This document shows, one piece after another, positions 40,701 through 46,071 of a stretch of 46,071 bases of DNA. How positions within the stretch are numbered: the stretch's first letter is position 1; every line of letters starts with the position of its first letter. A model generated the notes under the pieces. It was given only the letters and a program-made list of their open reading frames with translations. It did not search any database and was not told the DNA's origin. Both the position numbers and the translations under genes were made by a program. Source of the stretch: Elainellaceae cyanobacterium (lineage in GTDB: Bacteria > Cyanobacteriota > Cyanobacteriia > CAZCXK01); assembly GCA_051117555.1 (NCBI GenBank), contig JBNPEG010000083.1, positions 1-46,071 of the forward strand, read 5' to 3'.

Positions 40701-41453
40701 ATGCATAAATTTGTTCTCTCATTGACTGGGCTTATTTGCGTTGGCAGTCTGATGCTGTCATCCAGCGGATGCTCTCGCGTACGCTTCCTGCTGCCGGGTC
40801 AGCAGTTTTCTGATGTCTCGATTGGCATCCAAGTCGAACCCCTGCAAGCTGGACGCTATCGTCTCTATGGCACTGCTGACTTACCCAACCAGACTGACTT
40901 AGCCGTGGCTGCCGTCCGCTATCTGCGCCCTTCATCGACGTCTCACGCAGATTCCCGTCCGTCTGAGGGCGAATTGACCTATTCCATCCTCGATTATCAG
41001 GAAATTGATGTCAGCCAGAACGGGTGGGAGGTGACTCTCAATCTTTGGGAGGTTGCACCGGATGGACGCTATCAAGAAGACTGGCAAATACAACAAGAGG
41101 AGCTAGGGCTGGAATTTATTCCAGAAGATGATGTGATGTTTGTTGCCATGCCTGCACCCATCACTGCATTACCCCTCCTTGAACGACAGCTCGGACGAGA
41201 GCGATCGCGCTTTGCCAATGAACTCGTGCGATTTACGCCTGACGGTGAACGCTATATCCAAGTCAGTTTGGCAGAAGCCGTTGACCTACCCACCGGACAA
41301 ACCACTCCGCCCGTCTTAGAGCCTCAAGATATCAATGGCGGCTGGGGCGATCGCTATGTTCTGTACCCCGAACCTCAAACCGATGTTGAGTTAGAAATGC
41401 CTGACCAACGACGAACCAACGCACCGCCTTCTCCCGAAGAATTTTTGCGCTAG
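40701..41453 (+). CDS. Hypothetical lipoprotein
   Basis: From ATG 40701 (alternative 40680): basic residue, hydrophobic stretch, then lipobox-like SSGC; 250-aa ORF. Confidence 0.7.
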   Translation: MHKFVLSLTGLICVGSLMLSSSGCSRVRFLLPGQQFSDVSIGIQVEPLQAGRYRLYGTADLPNQTDLAVAAVRYLRPSSTSHADSRPSEGELTYSILDYQEIDVSQNGWEVTLNLWEVAPDGRYQEDWQIQQEELGLEFIPEDDVMFVAMPAPITALPLLERQLGRERSRFANELVRFTPDGERYIQVSLAEAVDLPTGQTTPPVLEPQDINGGWGDRYVLYPEPQTDVELEMPDQRRTNAPPSPEEFLR

Positions 41454-41454
41454 C

Positions 41455-42546
41455 TTAACCCGATGGTGTTTCATCGACCGCAAACATTTCATCTGTCATC
41501 ATCTCTGTGCCGTCAACCTCGTCATTCATCAAGATAGTTCCTGTGATATCGGCTCCCTGTAGTTCTACGCCGGTTAAATCAGCATCCGTTAGCTCAGCAT
41601 TGACTAGCACGGCTTCAGTGAGGTCGGCTCTCGCTAAGTTTGCACCCACTAAATTTGCAAACGCCAAATTGGCACCACTCAAATCAGCATCACTGAGATT
41701 TGCGCCCCAAAGGTCGGTATTGCTCAAATTCGCTCCAGACAGATTAGCGCCGCTCAAGTCCGCGCCCGCGAGATTAAGCCCTTCGAGGTAGGCTCCCCAC
41801 AGCGATGCGCCTGGAGACAACAAATAAATGCCTGCGGAAGCGGGGTCAATATCCTCTGGAAATTGCGTCGCGTCATCGCAGATTGCCGCCCGAAAATTAG
41901 TTCCGTCACAGGTTGCAAACCGAAGATCGGCACCAATCAAGTTGACGCACTGAAGATTGGCGTTGGTGAGGTCGGCATGCTGTAGGTTGACTCCGCTCAG
42001 ATTGGCCTGGCTTAGATCGGTTTCAGCGAGGTTGGCATAACTCAAATCTGCGCTGTCTAACTGAACCCGTCTGAGGGTTGCACCAAAGCATAGAGCTTGC
42101 CGTAAATTTGCTCCCTTTAAATCTGCATCGCTTAGATCGGCTCCTGCCAGATCAATATTTTCTAAACCGGCATTGTGCAACTGGGCACCGGGTGCAATTC
42201 GGTACGCACCGTGATGACGTGGGTCAAAGTCGTCAGGAAACTGAGTTAGATCGTCATACAGCGCATCTTTCAAATTTGCTCCCATGAGCAGGGCACGACT
42301 CAACTGGGTATTTCGCAAATCTGCCTGTTGTAAATTGGCGATGCTGAGATTTGCCTCGGTGAAGTTTGCATCTCGCAAATTGGCGTTTTGAAGCACAGAA
42401 CGGCTCAGGTCTGCCCCACTCAGGTCAGCATTCCAGAGATCAACATCGAGTAGATTAACGCCACTTAAGTCAGCGTTGACGAGACTAATCCCGTAAAAAT
42501 ATCTCTCTCCATTAAAGTAATGCTGTAGAAATTCAGCAGCGTCCAT
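41455..42546 (-). CDS. Pentapeptide repeat protein
   Basis: Extensive A(D/N)LXX repeats in three blocks separated by two A..DD.TQFP.D.DP linkers; start MDAAEFL. Confidence 0.92.
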   Translation of the reverse strand: MDAAEFLQHYFNGERYFYGISLVNADLSGVNLLDVDLWNADLSGADLSRSVLQNANLRDANFTEANLSIANLQQADLRNTQLSRALLMGANLKDALYDDLTQFPDDFDPRHHGAYRIAPGAQLHNAGLENIDLAGADLSDADLKGANLRQALCFGATLRRVQLDSADLSYANLAETDLSQANLSGVNLQHADLTNANLQCVNLIGADLRFATCDGTNFRAAICDDATQFPEDIDPASAGIYLLSPGASLWGAYLEGLNLAGADLSGANLSGANLSNTDLWGANLSDADLSGANLAFANLVGANLARADLTEAVLVNAELTDADLTGVELQGADITGTILMNDEVDGTEMMTDEMFAVDETPSG

Positions 42547-42628
42547 GGCGATCGCCCTTGATGTAATCAGCAAATCTTTCATTCAGCCCTCGATGTTGAT
42601 AAACGGTTGGTGGGTGCACGCTCATCAA

Positions 42629-43561
42629 TCAAGACCTCGGCTCCAAAACCGCTTCTAATTCGCGTACCCAAACGGCATATCCCTGATTAATTTGAGTCAA
42701 GATAGCAGTTTTACCCTGTTTTTCTAAATGGCTAACAATCTTTGATGCGCGTTCTTTAACCGATTGAACTCTAAATAAGCGGTAATAGTGACCGTCAATA
42801 TTGAGAGCAAATAGGCACTGAGCCAACGATGGAATCGTCACTCGGCATGTCTGGTAGGCGTTATAGGACTGAATCGCTGGTATTGCGACCGTGTTGCCAT
42901 TTTGCCTCACGGGCAAAGCCGAACCATTTTCAGCCGAACCATTTTTAGTCGAACCATTTTTACGGAGGGCGATCGCACGATTTGTCAATGGAGCATCGTC
43001 ACGTAATACAGACGATTCGTTAAAGTCCCGTGTCCGATTGTGAGGCATGGGGTGCGACATCCCATTGGACAGTGATTCTGTCGGAGGCGAAACTGTCTCA
43101 GGCAAGACCTCGGTTGAAGAGAAGGTGACTCTAGACTCGGTCGAAACCTCTCCCTCAATCTCCGACGAATTGAGTGGCATTTCATCCAAATCGTCGGTAT
43201 CGATCCCTAAAATCTTTGCGGCAGCTAATTTTGCTTGATGCTCTTCCAGCTTCTTTTGCAAGTCGGAGAGTTGTTCTTGAGTCTCGGCTAATTCACTCGT
43301 CGAGTGCCATTTCCGCAACATTTCAGCCGTGATCAGCCCAGCCGCAACGCTGATGACGATGGTCACCCCAAGATATCGGATGGCGAATTCTTTTCGATCA
43401 GGGCTGAAAACCGGCTCAATTTCTCCACTAAATAGGGGAGGCATTTCGATGACGATGGGCTTTGATCCGGATAGAACAAACGGGAGAGTGAGTGCCGAAA
43501 AAATGCTGGCAGACACTAAAACGCCAGGTAACAGAATCTTTGAAAGGGGAAAGTTTGCCAT
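42629..43561 (-). CDS. Hypothetical membrane protein (2 TM, coiled coil, low-complexity linker, globular C-terminal domain)
   Basis: GGAG RBS before ATG 43561; two hydrophobic segments; 15-bp repeat x3 at 42921-42965 (KNGSTKNGSAENGS). Confidence 0.75.
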   Translation of the reverse strand: MANFPLSKILLPGVLVSASIFSALTLPFVLSGSKPIVIEMPPLFSGEIEPVFSPDRKEFAIRYLGVTIVISVAAGLITAEMLRKWHSTSELAETQEQLSDLQKKLEEHQAKLAAAKILGIDTDDLDEMPLNSSEIEGEVSTESRVTFSSTEVLPETVSPPTESLSNGMSHPMPHNRTRDFNESSVLRDDAPLTNRAIALRKNGSTKNGSAENGSALPVRQNGNTVAIPAIQSYNAYQTCRVTIPSLAQCLFALNIDGHYYRLFRVQSVKERASKIVSHLEKQGKTAILTQINQGYAVWVRELEAVLEPRS

Positions 43562-43993
43562 AGAAACCGCTCCAATAAAATCTTTGCAGACTATTGTGAA
43601 TACGTCAGAGCGGTAGCACACCCAACTGGATCTGAATTATAAATTTCAAATTTCATTACATTTTCCCACATTATAGAGTCGGTTAATAAAAACTCTATGA
43701 ATACTAGTGTTCTCATTGAATGGTTTGTTTACTTTATGAAAGTCTGACTACACACGTCTAAATCTCGTCCCATTAGAGTTGAAATAGGTGATGTTGGTAG
43801 ATGATTTAGACAGTTTGGAAACCCTTGGGCGATCGCCAACGTTTGATTTTAGACACGCCCAGGTTGCTAGCCTATTTCATAGAAAGGGGACGCCAATCCG
43901 GATCATTTTTAGATCGTCGTGATTGAAATAACCAATCCAGATGTATGACGTCGCGATGAACTGTATGACAAACGTTGAGCGATCTAGAGATAG

Positions 43994-44039
43994 AGCCCTA
44001 CGGGCTCACCACACGTTCAACGTCCTAACGCGAGAGCGT
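43994..44039. repeat. Dispersed palindromic repeat, copy 2 (short form)
   Basis: Reverse complement ACGCTCTCgcGTTAGGACgttGAACGTGTGGTGAGCCCGTAGGGCT matches 28225-28304 without its internal hairpin. Confidence 0.7.
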
Positions 44040-44061
44040 ACGCCTATAACTATTGATACCA

Positions 44062-44089
44062 ATTTTGGATTTTCAATTTTGGATTTTGG
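44062..44089. repeat. Heptamer short tandem repeat (STRR-like) ATTTTGG x4
   Basis: attttgg attttca attttgg attttgg. Confidence 0.75.
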
Positions 44090-44196
44090 AATGGCGACTC
44101 TCATCAAAGCTTTATGCTGGCAATCCGGACTGATTCTCGGAGATAGGAATAAAGCCCATAAAGCTGATCAATAGAGGGCACCAGTGAGTCTTAATA

Positions 44197-44946
44197 ATGA
44201 CACCTCGATTACTAATTGTTTTAGCCATTCTGTCAGCGACTCTGCCAACGTTAATCACGCTATATATCAATTCTCAATCGGTTAGCAGCCCAGAGTATGG
44301 TTTTGATGCGACTCCTTCTGAACCGCAGGCGATTGAATCATCTCAAGAGACGCCTGCAACGTCCCAAGGATCGGTCGAACAGGCTCAACGTTCAAAGACG
44401 TGCATTAACTGTGATTTAGTCAGCGCAGATTTGAGTGGGCTCGACCTGAGTCGCGCTGATTTTAGAGACTCTGATTTAACCCGTGCAACCTTAATTGGAA
44501 CCCAGTTAATCAATGCTGTTTTAAGTCGCGCGACCCTCAACGATGCACAACTTTCCCGAGGGAATCTGCGAGGGGCTGATTTGAATGAGGCTCAACTTCA
44601 GCGAGCTGATTTGAACAATGCTCAAATGTTAAGTGTTAGCCTTGCCAATGCTGATTTGAGGGATGCAGTATTATCGCAGGCTGAATTGCGAGATGCTGAT
44701 TTGAGCTTTGTCACCCTTCAATCGGCTAATCTGCAAAACGCAAGTTTATATGGCGCAATTTTGCGAGGAGCCGATTTATCAAACGCAGATTTAAGCAACA
44801 CTGATTTGCGCTATGCCGATTTGTCAAATGCAAATTTGAGTGGAGCCAACCTTGCCGGAGCACGACTTGATTTTGCAACCATGCCCGATGGTCGCCCTTA
44901 CCCCAATACGGGAATTGGGTTGACTGGCGAATCAGGCACGCCATAA
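44197..44946 (+). CDS. Pentapeptide repeat protein with N-terminal signal/TM
   Basis: Hydrophobic N-terminus, CINCDL motif, A(D/N)LXX repeats, TMPDG C-terminal cap. Confidence 0.92.
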   Translation: MTPRLLIVLAILSATLPTLITLYINSQSVSSPEYGFDATPSEPQAIESSQETPATSQGSVEQAQRSKTCINCDLVSADLSGLDLSRADFRDSDLTRATLIGTQLINAVLSRATLNDAQLSRGNLRGADLNEAQLQRADLNNAQMLSVSLANADLRDAVLSQAELRDADLSFVTLQSANLQNASLYGAILRGADLSNADLSNTDLRYADLSNANLSGANLAGARLDFATMPDGRPYPNTGIGLTGESGTP

Positions 44947-44961
44947 CTCTCACGCTTTGCG

Positions 44962-45226
44962 AATGGTGTCTTATTTGTGTCTCTATGCCGTCCGATTAAA
45001 ATCGGCGGCTATACGAACTATGTCCGCTGTCGCAAACAATCTTCCCAACCTGCGCAGGCGGGTTTCGCTTGTGTAGGCAATTTCAATTGCCGATTGAATG
45101 ATTTGTCGTAAAGATTGTCTCCATGCCGTCCGATTAAAATCGGCGGCTATACGAACTATGTCCACCGTCGCAGACAATTTCTCAACCCGCGCAGGCGGGT
45201 TTCGTTCGTGTGCAATTTCAATTGCC
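44962..45226. repeat. Left tandem array: leader plus 2 units (138-bp period, second unit truncated) of a four-hairpin REP-like repeat
   Basis: Units start at ATGCCGTCCGATTAAAATCGGCGGCT, positions 44985 and 45123. Confidence 0.93.
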
Positions 45227-45249
45227 TCTGAGGTGAGAGTGATACGCCA

Positions 45250-45678
45250 TCACATTAAACTCATTGCTTTATCGGGAAGCTCCCAACATTTCTGGAGCGA
45301 TCGCGCGGTGTGATGCTGTTCTTGATTGCGAATATAGGCAGCCACGACATCAAGCCCAGATTGACTCACCGAAAATGCACTATATGAGCTTTGCCATTTG
45401 AAAAACTGATCAGGCCGAATCTGATAATTCATCAGATGCGATGAGCTGCCCTTCACCTGTTTCATCAAGGCAGAAACGCTGATAGTCGGTAAATATCCTG
45501 CGAGTAAGTGGACATGATCATCAATACCACCAATGGCAATTGGGGTGCATTTCAAAGTCTGACACTCTTTGGCGATCGCCCCATAAACAATCTCACGAAT
45601 GTCGGGGGTTAATAATGGCAAACGATTCCAGGTTGACCAAACGCAATGCACATAGAGTTGGGTGTAGGACGATCGCAT
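45250..45678 (-). CDS. tnpA: IS200/IS605-superfamily Y1 (HUH) transposase-like protein, REP-associated; no tnpB seen
   Basis: LYVHCVWST, DHVHLL (HUH), KGSSS, FKWQSSYSAFSVS, YIRNQ (catalytic Tyr); GAGG RBS before ATG 45678. Confidence 0.92.
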   Translation of the reverse strand: MRSSYTQLYVHCVWSTWNRLPLLTPDIREIVYGAIAKECQTLKCTPIAIGGIDDHVHLLAGYLPTISVSALMKQVKGSSSHLMNYQIRPDQFFKWQSSYSAFSVSQSGLDVVAAYIRNQEQHHTARSLQKCWELPDKAMSLM

Positions 45679-45745
45679 AAGAGCCTCTATGTAAGCGCAA
45701 CGTTCGCCTAGAATACCCAGATGTAGATGCTTCCCAACCCACAAT

Positions 45746-46071
45746 AATGGTGTCTTATTTGTGTCTCCATGCCGTCCGATTAAAATCGGCGGCTATACGA
45801 ACTTTGTCTGCCGTCGCGGACATTCTTCCCAACCCGCGCAGGCGGGTTTCGCTTGTGTAGGTGCAATTTCAATTGCCGATTGAATGATTTGTCGTAAAGG
45901 TTGTCTCTATGCCGTCCGATTAAAATCGGCGGCTACACGGACTATGTCTGCCGTCGCGGACATTCTTCCCAACCCGCGCAGGCGGGTTTCGCTTGTGTAG
46001 GTGCAATTTCAATTGCCGATTGAATGATTTGTCGTAAAGGTTGTCTCTATGCCGTCCGATTAAAATCGGCG
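45746..46071. repeat. Right tandem array: same leader plus at least 3 units (140-bp period), running off the window end
   Basis: Units start at 45769, 45909 and 46049; leader AATGGTGTCTTATTTGTGTCTC is identical to 44962-44983. Confidence 0.95.

Larger units (their letters stand above)
1..46071. repeat. HIP1 octamer GCGATCGC dispersed across the window
   Basis: Dozens of copies in genes and intergenic DNA (not counted exactly), a hallmark of many cyanobacterial genomes. Confidence 0.95.

Noticed and set aside
44983..45313. Small ORFs 44983-45177 (-) and 45098-45313 (+)
   Set aside because: They merely read through the repeat units; the 140-bp period of the right array breaks the frame
44962..46071. 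CRISPR or other guide-RNA array
   Set aside because: Units are near-identical over their whole ~140 bp with no unique spacers, and no cas or tnpB gene is in the window

Overview
Chromosomal window from a cyanobacterium, probably filamentous (the HIP1 octamer GCGATCGC occurs throughout; ebsA, pix-type and pentapeptide-repeat genes are present). From left to right: (1) housekeeping genes: a divergent aldehyde dehydrogenase, a frameshifted HI0933/BaiN-family flavoprotein, ebsA, a DRTGG protein, recA divergent from xseAB, nurA and homoserine dehydrogenase; (2) a complete phototaxis chemosensory operon (patA/pixG, cheY, cheW, a four-GAF cyanobacteriochrome MCP, hybrid cheA, cheW); (3) a divergent 1217-aa protein with an N-terminal ribbon-helix-helix-like segment, PAS domains and a DXCF cyanobacteriochrome GAF, but no C-terminal enzymatic output; (4) a cellulose-synthase operon (porin, TPR protein, GH8, bcsB, bcsA) in which BcsC function appears split; (5) hypothetical and pentapeptide-repeat genes; (6) a lone Y1 (HUH) transposase-like gene bracketed by direct tandem arrays of ~140-bp multi-hairpin REP-like units. 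Intergenic regions hold several small TIR elements carrying REP-like hairpins. Best candidates for new biology: the putative one-component light-sensing RHH regulator between the phototaxis and cellulose operons, and the Y1-nuclease/tandem REP array locus. All calls are by eye from motifs; no database searches were run.
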